Positions 54,847-64,000 of a DNA stretch of 64,000 nucleotides are shown in pieces; the stretch's first letter is position 1; each line of letters opens with the position of its first letter. Source of the DNA: Tubulanus polymorphus (Eukaryota; Animalia; Nemertea); NCBI RefSeq assembly GCF_964204645.1, contig NC_134025.1:11594001-11658000 (forward strand). Direction: 5' to 3'. Under the pieces are notes generated by a model. It saw only the letters and a list, made by a program, of their open reading frames with translations, did not search any database and had not been told where the DNA came from. A program made the position numbers and the translations under genes.

Positions 54847-55488
54847 CTGAAGAAGAAACGATATTGTATATTGATGCGCATGTACACGGAATCAGAATCG
54901 ATCAAATTTATTTTCAATGTCAAGAGCTTTCTAGCAATTTCTTTAACATAACTTAAAATGCCAAAAGGTATCCCACCCGAAGGGTTTGTGGAGGCCAATA
55001 GATATTTTTGTATGTATTATAGGGGCGGCCCCTTAATGCTGTTAGCGACAAATGTAAATACGTTAATTCGTTGTGTTTTCTTTTAGATTTTAAATCTGAA
55101 ATCTAAAAGTCTTCTTATACATAGAACTGTCTTCTCGAAAAAGGCCCCTTTTAGTTATATTTCCGTCCGTTTGTCCGTCTATTTCGCGTTACATTTACGC
55201 CACCGCAAAAGAAATTTCCCTCCGAACAGAGCCAGCCATCGCGGCAGCGAATCGGGCCGCTGCGAAAAGATCTTTGAGGGAATCAATCAAGATCTCACCG
55301 TTAGTGGATCTGACACGAAATGCCAGTTACATAATATACCAACTGCAGAAGTAATATACTACGCGGTCAATAAATCATCTTGATTGCTGCTTGCGAAGGT
55401 AATTGGTCTATAATTAATCGGAATGATAAAGTGATTATTTATAACGGAGCTAGCTGCTCTCGCGGAAGCCACGCAGTTATAGACTAAC

Positions 55489-55656
55489 CTTTTCCTTGAT
55501 GTCGGCGTTGCACCAAGGCTGGACGAAACAGTGGTCCAAATCGGATGGCAGATTTATCGAGGAGACGATCTTGCTTCGCGAATCGCGAATGCCGCCGTAG
55601 TTGTTCAGAAACATCACTTTCCGAGGTTTGATACACTTCGAAAGGCCTTCGGTTAC
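55489..55656 (-). CDS. NAGS: NAGS coding exon 7
   Basis: ctatag/gttagt, 168 nt. VTEGLSKCIKPRKVMFLNNYGGIRDSRSKIVSSINLPSDLD.. (compare [33 protein letters not shown]). Confidence 0.92.
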
Positions 55657-56022
55657 CTATAGCGAAAAAGAAGAAGGAAATACGTAAATCATAAGCAATT
55701 TGAAACAAGAGACCTTCTCATGCCCATTCCTGTATTCCTGTATTGTTATCCGACAACTGCACGTAAAATGATGAATTAGTAGGCTGGATTGATAGCAATG
55801 GCATTGCTATTTGATGTAAGATAGTTTCCCGGCCTCTAAGTTTAAAACGAATTCACATTTAATCGTATTCGAAGTAACTGCAGCTGAATAAATCAATGTA
55901 TTCAGAAAAATAGTAGAATAACCCGTACACTCCGACGTGGAGAATAGATAATAAGTTTAAACCAACTATATACAAAATTTAAAAACTTAAAAGCGAGTTT
56001 TTATTCATCAAAAATTAAAATC

Positions 56023-56096
56023 AAGACACCAAGTTTCGAACTCTCGCTAGAAATCATCGTCAGGTCTCTAGCGAGAGTTCAAGACGTACGTGTCTT
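56023..56096 (-). mobile_element. Second Penelope-like palindrome with a degenerate hammerhead core
   Basis: Inverted arms AAGACAC..GAACTCTCGCTAGA / TCTAGCGAGAGTTC..GTGTCTT. Minus strand reads CTGACGA-T-GATTTC-TAGCGA-GAGTTC-GAAAC. Confidence 0.5.
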
Positions 56097-56244
56097 TTGT
56101 TTACAAAATGGCCCATTTCTTTATGTACAACGAGACTTCTTCTTCAATGCGAAATGGGCCGAACCCGGAAGCAAACAGATGAAATCATTGATATCAGAAC
56201 GTTAATATTGAACCAATCCCATGGGGATCAAACCTTGAACACAC

Positions 56245-56380
56245 CTGAGTAGGGTCCACGAGGAGAAGCTGGCCAGATTCTGAGAATCCAACCGCTTGAA
56301 CAATCGGAATATGATTGCTTTCCATGCTCCAGCTGATTGGCTCAAGGTAGAGTTTCTGTATTTCTCCGTGAAACGAATTT
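56245..56380 (-). CDS. NAGS: NAGS coding exon 6
   Basis: tgtag/gtgtgt, 136 nt. NSFHGEIQKLYLEPISWSMESNHIPIVQAVGFSESGQLLLVDPTQ (amino-acid-kinase fold segment). Confidence 0.88.
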
Positions 56381-56470
56381 CTACATTAAAAAAAGCATTT
56401 TTCGTCGTAAATTCTATCAAAATAATCATATCCCGGGGTATCAAGAAAAGGAAATTTATTTCCTATGTAC

Positions 56471-56592
56471 TTTTGTATAGGTTGCGCTTTGATTATTCCG
56501 TTTCCGTTGAACATTGGTCTCGTTTCAGCGCCCTCTGTCTCGATGGCGTCAACAAGCAAGGCAGTATTTCGAAATAATCCGTTTAAGATTCC
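56471..56592 (-). CDS. NAGS: NAGS coding exon 5
   Basis: ctacag/gtacat, 122 nt. GILNGLFRNTALLVDAIETEGAETRPMFNGNGIIKAQPIQ. Confidence 0.85.
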
Positions 56593-56770
56593 CTGTAGAA
56601 ATAACCGACAATAATGTATAAACTGAATATCCAAAATACGAATTCATTGTTGGGAATCAAGGCAAATCGTTTCTCGATGTATATATTTGGCAATAGATAT
56701 TGACATATCTATTACATGTATTCATTCAAATCATCGTTTCTCTATTTTACGTAAAGGTCATTGAATTTAC

Positions 56771-56917
56771 CAGATATTTGTCGGTGTGAACAAATTCTGT
56801 TTTGTCCATATAGGACCAAAGCTTGTGGCCAGAATTTACGGTTGTATATCCCAAAGTTAAGACTACTTTTATACCATTTCGGTGAAGAAACGAAACACTT
56901 TTTCCAATGTGCTCCAC
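56771..56917 (-). CDS. NAGS: NAGS coding exon 4
   Basis: ttttag/gtaaat, 147 nt. VEHIGKSVSFLHRNGIKVVLTLG.. (compare LAFLQRMDMKPLVVLG). Confidence 0.85.
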
Positions 56918-56997
56918 CTAAAATGAGAAGCAGTTGCAAAATATGTGGACAGTATTATAAAAGAAAAGATGATTCAATCAGAAAGACGCTGGCAAAC

Positions 56998-57120
56998 CTT
57001 CTTTGGTTCATTGAATATTTCTTGGTCGACTTGAATGACGGCAAAAGGTTGCAAGGGATTAGTGGCACTTTTCTTGAATTGGTGCAGCCAGTAACGAGCT
57101 TCGCGTTGAGATGTTCCGAC
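56998..57120 (-). CDS. NAGS: NAGS coding exon 3
   Basis: ctag/gtttgc, 123 nt. VGTSQREARYWLHQFKKSATNPLQPFAVIQVDQEIFNEPKK (compare EARHWLTQF..KPFAVIEVDEE). Confidence 0.9.
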
Positions 57121-57228
57121 CTAGATTTATAGTGAAGAAACAAATAGATGGGCCTGTATATATGAAGAAGTCAGTGAAGGTGGTTCGCGGAGTCCAACCC
57201 ACAATCCACACGCATGTTTTTTTTATAC

Positions 57229-57304
57229 CTCGTACAAAAACGTCATCAAATCTTCATTGAGTCTACCATTCCCATTGTTGTTCATGTGCTTATTATAAGG
57301 TTTG
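57229..57304 (-). CDS. NAGS: NAGS coding exon 2
   Basis: tttcag/gtataa, 76 nt. KPYNKHMNNNGNGRLNEDLMTFLYE (compare human RDIQAFLNQ). Confidence 0.8.
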
Positions 57305-57678
57305 CTGAAAGTTAGAAATTTAAAAAAAAACATGGATATCTGGGGGCTTGGTACAAGGAAATCGACATTTACGACACTCGTATAAATATCCAACAGATGT
57401 CTTTCAACAAAAAAAATATTATTGTCGTTATTGAATGTCTGGCAATCAGAGTAAAGACCAAAATGCCAAAGGAATACAATAAGTAGAAAATATATACATA
57501 TATATATATATTTCAGTCGTTCCTCTGATTTCATTTCATTTACTTCAGGACAACACGCAGCTAGCAGTATATACATGGAAAAATCGAAAAATGCGCATGC
57601 ATCATGAAATATTAAATTTCATATTTCATTTTTTTGATACAGTAAGGTACATTGACCCCGAAAATCATACATACGTAC

Positions 57679-57890
57679 GTGATGCTAATATTACTAGAAC
57701 TGGCCAGGTGGTGATCATTTTCAGTACCGGTATTCGTAACAGCTTTGCTCGATGGGTTGTCAGCATCGAACCACGAACAGGAACCTTTATTCGTGTGGAT
57801 GCCATATGAATGTGGCAATAACCGCACGGCTGATTGTCCCCGAAACCAACATGAACCGATTAACCCTGCTGCACATCGAATTTGTCTCAT
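57679..57890 (-). CDS. NAGS: NAGS coding exon 1 (mitochondrial transit peptide-like)
   Basis: ATG then MRQIRCAAGLIGSCWFRGQSAVRLLPHSYG.., an Arg-rich, acid-poor N-terminus. Donor AC|gtacgt gives phase 2, as the next exon requires. Confidence 0.7.
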
Positions 57891-58807
57891 TCTGCAACGA
57901 AGGACCGACACGTCAAACCTGGACTTATAAACTAGTTTTATACGTCCATAGTAAAAAAAAACACGTGTCATTAATGCGCTATAATATGCTATATCGACTA
58001 TGGATCGTGGGCTCCGCATTTTGTAGCAAAAACTAAATCCAATCGGAACACGATGTGTATATTTACCTTAAACCGGAACGTTTATGAGAACCGACCAAAC
58101 TGTCAAGAGTGCGCCCTGTTCATTGAATGTTTGAGAAAACCTAAACCCAGGGATTGAGTCACATCATAAAATCCCCCTAGACAGATAGAATAATAAAACG
58201 ATAGTCGACTTCATACAGCTGTTGACATTCTGTACCAGATGGCCACAGTCGCTTCCTGTTTTCTGAAAAAAATGCCACGACTTCCAAGAAAGTGTCGATA
58301 ATCAACTTAATAGTTTGAAAATATGTTTATGCTTCAAAGAGAAATATCTATCAGACTACGCGCGAATTCAAGAAATATCAACAGTTCAGTTGTATCATCT
58401 AAAAGACCGATGGTACCATCCAATAAAGTTATCAGGAAATAAAATACAAAATGCGAATAGGATTTTGACTGTAGGCCTATATAATGACTAAACATCTGGA
58501 GCGATATAAGCATTTACCACGGTGACCGGTTTGTCAGAAAACTAGGCCGCAGACAGAAGTCACATTGGACTCGTAACCCGACAGCTTAAGCGACTACTCA
58601 TAATATAGATAATGTATTTTATTTTAGATGAACATAAAATTAATCAGACATCGGAAAATTCTTAGCCGCTTGAAATTTTTGAATTAATACCGGGGTCGAG
58701 GGGCTTTGCGGTCTCAATTAAGAGGGCTTGTCCAGATTTTGATATTGTCGGAGCGACCCCGTGCATGTCCTGGCAAGTGAGTGGTACAAAGCGTCTATAG
58801 AAACAAA
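57891..58807. promoter_or_regulatory. Putative bidirectional promoter and 5'UTRs of NAGS and NOXRED1
   Basis: 917 bp between divergent start codons. A possible NAGS non-coding first exon has a minus-strand donor gtaaat near 58066 and an acceptor near 57919. Confidence 0.55.
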
Positions 58808-59007
58808 ATGGCGGACGCAGAATGGAAAAAGGCTCCATCAAGCAATGCAGTTGTGGATATCACGGCTAATCTACCAACTCAACAATTTGAAAGTGCAATT
58901 AGCGAAGAATTCGAACAGTATATGGTTCTACGCAAACGATCGCATGCGATTAACTGCGTGATATGTGCCCAAACGGTGTATTTTTGTACAGTTTTGAATC
59001 AAGTTCG
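58808..59007 (+). CDS. NOXRED1: NOXRED1-like, exon 1
   Basis: aaaATGG start context. MADAEWKK..DITANLPTQQFESAISEEFEQYMVLRKRSHAINCVICAQTVYFCTVLNQV(R) (compare human LQFEYG..RSRGL..CAHATFFCKLL). Donor CG|gttagt. Confidence 0.85.
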
Positions 59008-59462
59008 GTTAGTAAACAAAAAAGTCAACTCACAGTCACAAAACTGTCAAAGACAAGTCAAAGTTAAAGACATCAAAAAAGATCTTTTGTTCGTTGATCT
59101 GGACCAAGACAGGGCCTCCCCTACTCAAAACTATATCAATTAGGAAGCGGATTTTCGCCAAAGAAAACATATAAGACAGTCGATAAATTTGCCGACACTG
59201 CGTGCATTGATTATTCATATTAATTATTATGGCTATGTTGCCCATCAGTTGTTCTGATTGGCTTACTACACTTGGCTATGCATACGAGGTGCATGAATTA
59301 GAAAATTAAAAAATTCAGTCAAAGATGACTCCTGGCTTCTGTTGTGGCCGGTGGGCAGGGGAGGAGTTTGGAGGGTTAAGTGCACTATTTTGATTTGTAT
59401 CTCTAAATTTGGTCGATTTGTTGCAAAAATATGATTGGTTTCTTTTCTGCTTGAACTTGCAG

Positions 59463-59662
59463 TGAGAAAAAGGAAGATTTGCAGCACCTGAACAGGAACA
59501 GAGCCACAAGGTTACTGATGGAGGGAATAGAACGCGATCCATTGTTAGTTGGAATTATCGGCGGTGGTCGATTAGGATGTCATATCGCTAATGCGTTGAT
59601 CAAATTTGGGGGTGTCAAACCAGCTGAACTAAGTATCTCCACTCGTAGACCGGAAACGCTAA
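59463..59662 (+). CDS. NOXRED1: NOXRED1-like, exon 2 (Rossmann GxGxxG)
   Basis: ttgcag/gtaaga, 200 nt. VGIIGGGRLGCHIANALIKFGGVKPAELSISTRRPETL (human VGIIGGGHLG..ISTRRPETL). Confidence 0.92.
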
Positions 59663-60678
59663 GTAAGAAGATAAAAATCTCTATAAAAAATGTGATTACC
59701 CTAACTATCTCAGGGCCCAGTTTCTCAAAAAGAATGAACTCTTAGATCTATTAAGATGAACAGAATTAATGAAAAAAATTATATCGATTTGAGCATTAAT
59801 CCTTTTTGAACTGAACCCTGGCTCTCTTATTGCAGCTGTTTATCTGTTGTGTGTAGCCGCCCCTCCAACAATCGACAGACTTCCAGACAAGTCCCTGTCC
59901 ATCTTTGAATGAAGAAAAGCCACATTTACAAGGAAATACTACAACGTATCTCAATGTTATAAGTGAAATACTGTGAGCCATTTTCAAAAGATTTCATTTC
60001 CAAAGATAACTGAAACATAACATAGGGCACGGATTAGGTTACTGGGCAGAGCCTGTTGTGACAAGAATACAGTTTTAGAGCAGTTGATTTCTAAGTTTAG
60101 AAACGTAAGTTAGAATGTCCCCCAAATCAACATTAGACCTTGTGTAGCTGATGAGATAAACTCAATGGGACAGTTGTCTCATGATAGGTATCAATCTGTT
60201 GCCTGGAGCCACCCCTCTCAACGCTTTGTCACCATACTTCCAGTTTCTGATAGTCAATACTTCACCTAAGTGTTCAGGATCTTATCCCAGACATTTTGTA
60301 TCAAAAAATTAACTAACAAATGGAATTCCAGACATCAATTTCATCAATATGCAATAGTCTCCTCCTAACTAGAATCAACTGGAACCAGTGATTATGGTTG
60401 AGTAAGACCATAGAATATAATTCACATTCTGTTGTAATGGTTCTTAGTGTACATGAAAGCATTGGAGTTGAGAGAAGTCTACTGTACTTTCAAAATGTGA
60501 TTGTCAAAACTTCAAACATGGTGGTTTACACAAGCAGGCCTCCAGTGCATTAAAACCATTTCAAGCTTACTTAGCCTACAAGTAAAAATGTTATCAGTCA
60601 GTGCAATGTGTGTATAGCCTAGACCTTTTTTTTTATTCATCTGAATTTTATACTTGTTGTACAATTTGTTACTTTCAG

Positions 60679-61017
60679 GTAAACTACAAGCTAAAGGTGT
60701 CAAATGCTATTACGATAATGCCAAATTAGTCCAATCTGTACATTTGATTTTTCTGTGCGTGCTTCCGGCTCAACTTCAGTTGGTCATCGACGATATCAAA
60801 GGCAAACTCACGAAAAAGACAGTGCTATACTCGTTGGTACCAGCTGCGCATATCACGCGTTTGAGGCAACTACTGAACTTTCAGTTCATCATCAAACCGG
60901 ACATCGTATGGAATTACGATGGCGAAGATAACTGGGATTACTCACTCGGTTTCGATGAAGTGTTTGAAAAGGAATCGCTCGTTAAACAAACTTGCCCTCT
61001 TGGCAATGCCAAAAAAA
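60679..61017 (+). CDS. NOXRED1: NOXRED1-like, exon 3
   Basis: tttcag/gtatgt, 339 nt. KLQAKGVKCYYDNAKLVQSVHLIFLCVLPAQL.. (human GIKCFYHNADLV..IFLCCLPSQL). Confidence 0.92.
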
Positions 61018-61452
61018 GTATGTTATAAGTAACTACCATTTTACTCAGATCATATGGTTAATAAGCCTGCTCGATAGAATCCTATCCATTCTATTTATAT
61101 CTACAGACTTTTCCTCAATGTATAAATCTTAGGAAGAGCATATTAGGGTCATTACAAAGTACATTTCCTTTACCCCGGAATCGATTGCTTCGGACAATAT
61201 GTTACAAATTTTCTCACTCCATGTCATCTTGATAACGACCTACCCCTGAATTCACCTACATGAGAGAGAATACATTTAGGAACAGGAGTTTTTATTGATA
61301 ATCTACTGAGAATATTTGTTATCACCTTGAAGTTCGAACCCCAGATCCAAAATTTCCAAATAAGCAGAGATAAACGTGAACACAGATAGCTATGAACTAA
61401 TTTGACTGTAATTAATGATATGATTTAACAAGTAATTTATACTTTTGAATAG

Positions 61453-61648
61453 GTTCTATGGTTCAATGTGACAGTAAACTAGCCGAAATATTCATATATG
61501 CCGTAGTGAATATATGCACGCAGTTCAAGATTTGCCGACGCGACACGTTACGTATGGTTCACGACGTAATATTCGATTTAACCGATGACATTCCTCTGAA
61601 ACTGAAAGCCGAACATTTCACACGAATGAAAGAAGACGATACTTCAAT
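61453..61648 (+). CDS. NOXRED1: NOXRED1-like, exon 4
   Basis: aatag/gtaagt, 196 nt, phase 1-2. SMVQCDSKLAEIFIYAVVNICTQFKI.. Confidence 0.85.
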
Positions 61649-62442
61649 GTAAGTAGTATTCATGTCATGAGCGTGGAAACGACTCATCGGAAAAAAAACG
61701 GACCAAAATTTTTAGATTCGTTTCATTCTATTTATGATACAACTAACAGATTTTTCTGAGGCGCATTTGTTTAGAGCAAACTGGATAGGTTAAATGGATT
61801 GTGAACTTATTTGCTCACACCGCAACATTTGGTTTGTCATAAACCTAAATGGTTTTGATAGTACATATAGCATTCGAGGAGATGGCGACATATTCAAACA
61901 TTGAGATAAGTCATCATCTGCTGTCTTACTTAAACCGGAACTCACTGAGCATTACATTTGTTTACCGCACATAAAAATGGTTCCAGTGGCCTCTAAAATT
62001 GAATAGATCAAAACCTAATTAGTTCGTTCTAAAAAAGTACACCTCTGGTCTCATGTAAGAAGAAGGTTCCACTGTATACACATCAATGCTTTCTTTTTGG
62101 ATATTTTAAAGTGATGGTATCAGCCTTCATAGTTTAGATATTAGCAATGAGTGATGCAAAGTTCTGAGCTCATGATAAAAACTTATCCCTAGATTTATAT
62201 AATTTTTCGCAATTTGTCATTGTACCGTCTTGGTAACGAATGACACTTTGTACTATTAGAAATAAAAAATGAAGATTCATGCGTGTTTTTCGCATGACAG
62301 CAACAGCTTGCGTATAATCGAAAATCCATTCATTGTTTATCAATATAAAAAATACATTTATTTTTTATCAATGTTGATCTTTTTGCTGTAATAAATGCAG
62401 TTTTTGTACATGTGCCATCTACATTAATCTATATATTTTCAG

Positions 62443-62605
62443 GCCATTTCCGATGTTTGATTTAAGTCTCATCGCTGAAAATGACACGCCTCTCACGAAG
62501 AAACTCAGTCAAGTGGATATTATTCATCACTACGTAAAAAGATATTGTGCTCTATTCGAGGAACATTTCTATAAAGCCAAATGGGGGCAAGGAACTTCAC
62601 AATAG
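62443..62605 (+). CDS. NOXRED1: NOXRED1-like, last exon
   Basis: tttcag acceptor. PFPMFDLSLIAENDTPLTKKLS..YCALF..GTSQ then TAG (human PFPWFDL..ETPFSQHLS..YCASF). Total CDS is 1098 nt (365 aa plus stop). Confidence 0.88.
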
Positions 62606-62878
62606 ATGATTGTAGCGTACATTTTGCCTTTCTCCGTAGCATCGAGACTGTAAATAATTCAGAGTTGACTAGGCCTACATGCCAAGTTGAGAATGAGGGG
62701 TGTAGTTTATCCAAATAAAGTTTTTGGAAAATGCACCAACTTGGACAGTTTACCAAAAAGGCTTGTGAAGTTTACTGAATTGTCGAGACCGATACATTTG
62801 TTACACCGTATTATGACGTTTATTAGCAACTTTTTTGTTAATTCTATACACATAGTTTATGTACATATCAGAATTATA

Positions 62879-62884
62879 AATAAA
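62879..62884 (+). terminator. Candidate NOXRED1 polyadenylation signal
   Basis: AATAAA about 275 nt after the stop codon, with U/GU-rich sequence downstream. Confidence 0.5.
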
Positions 62885-63807
62885 CTTTATTTTCCATGAA
62901 TTCGAGTTGCATTGTCGATTGTTTGACGGGATCATTCATAAGTTACATCCATTTCCAAGAGAAGCCGATGACCCCTAAGCTTAGTTGGAATGCACACTGG
63001 GTTGTTCAAGGAACGCAGTGGAATTTGAAAATTAGCAATGAAGGTCTGGCATATTGTTCTGATTAACAAATCTTTATGATCATTTGAGGATTTTTACTTA
63101 TTTCGAACTCATTAAAAAGTAATGATGGAATTAATGGATGATAGATTTCAAGGATGAAGATGCCTTAGAGGATATAAGGATATGCATATGAATAGGATTA
63201 TTTATATGGCGTCTCATTCAAAACAGAAAATCCTTTGGAAGTTGCTTGAAACTCCATCTTGGGGTCATTCATTTATCACGTACGCAATAGGGGAGGGGTC
63301 AGTGCGTGCAATTGCGTACTGTAGTGCTTAATGTATACGAAAAAATGGCAAATTTTGCATACAGAGGGGGGTTGAAAAACCAAGCTCTTCATACATGACC
63401 TTTACACATGCCTTCGTAGTTCTGCCACATCGATTAAAAAGAAACAAGCAAAGATTTTCTCGCCAAGAAGATTTATTACCATGTTGAATATTCACAAATT
63501 TTCTTTATCATTTTAATGGCATAAATATTACTCATCAATCTTGTCCATGATAACATATAGCAATTATGAATTACCCAGTAGTATCCATATATGTACAGTT
63601 GTATACGAGTAAAAACTTTAGCATAATTTATTTACACAATGTATTTCAAAGGGAGTGGTTCGAACACAAATGAAACGAACCCTCATATAAATGAACACGT
63701 GTAAGGTATCTAAGTAATGTCCACTTTTCAATATTTGATTCGTTCACCTTTGACCACACATCTACATGTGAAATGTCTTAATCCACAAAAATATCCAGTA
63801 ACGACAA

Positions 63808-63873
63808 CTAGAATTTGAATTCTTTGTATTTTTTTGCAGCTTTGCCAGATTCTTGTTGCTGTTTCTTCCGTTT
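63808..63873 (-). CDS. SF3B2: Splicing factor 3B subunit 2, terminal coding exon (rest of gene lies beyond the window)
   Basis: gtttatag acceptor. KRKKQQQESGKAAKKYKEFKF then TAG, matching the recalled SF3B2/SAP145 C-terminus (KRK..KKYKEFKF*). Confidence 0.85.
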   Translation of the reverse strand, partial: KRKKQQQESGKAAKKYKEFKF

Positions 63874-64000
63874 CTATAAACAAACAAAGAGTTGGACATA
63901 CATTAATGACAAAGTACCTGGTAGTTATAGATTAGAGTGGTGGTAAAATCTGAAAATGTTCATTTTACCCCAAAGCAAACAGTTAGCTTATTTTAATATA

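Overview
AT-rich (by eye) metazoan genomic DNA with GT-AG spliceosomal introns, probably from a marine invertebrate. No prokaryotic operon or CRISPR array is present. I reconstructed four spliced genes by hand, and reading-frame phases are consistent across every junction. (1) The 5' part of a PTK7/off-track-like Ig-domain receptor on the minus strand: 4 exons from 50405 to 27830, then >27.8 kb with no further exon I could recognise. (2) A complete vertebrate-type N-acetylglutamate synthase (NAGS), minus strand, 11 coding exons, 57890-52623, about 530 aa. (3) A complete NOXRED1-like P5C-reductase-fold oxidoreductase, plus strand, 5 exons, 58808-62605, about 365 aa, arranged head-to-head with NAGS. 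(4) The last coding exon of SF3B2, minus strand. The introns carry many MITEs, including one family with at least 6 copies, plus L2 and RTE LINE 3' ends, tRNA-derived SINEs and tandem repeats. The most notable items are a ~210-bp Penelope-type palindrome containing a complete minimal type I hammerhead-ribozyme motif (two related motifs occur elsewhere), the divergent NAGS/NOXRED1 pair, and a perfect 23-bp-stem hairpin. Gene names come from remembered similarity to the human proteins, not from a database search.
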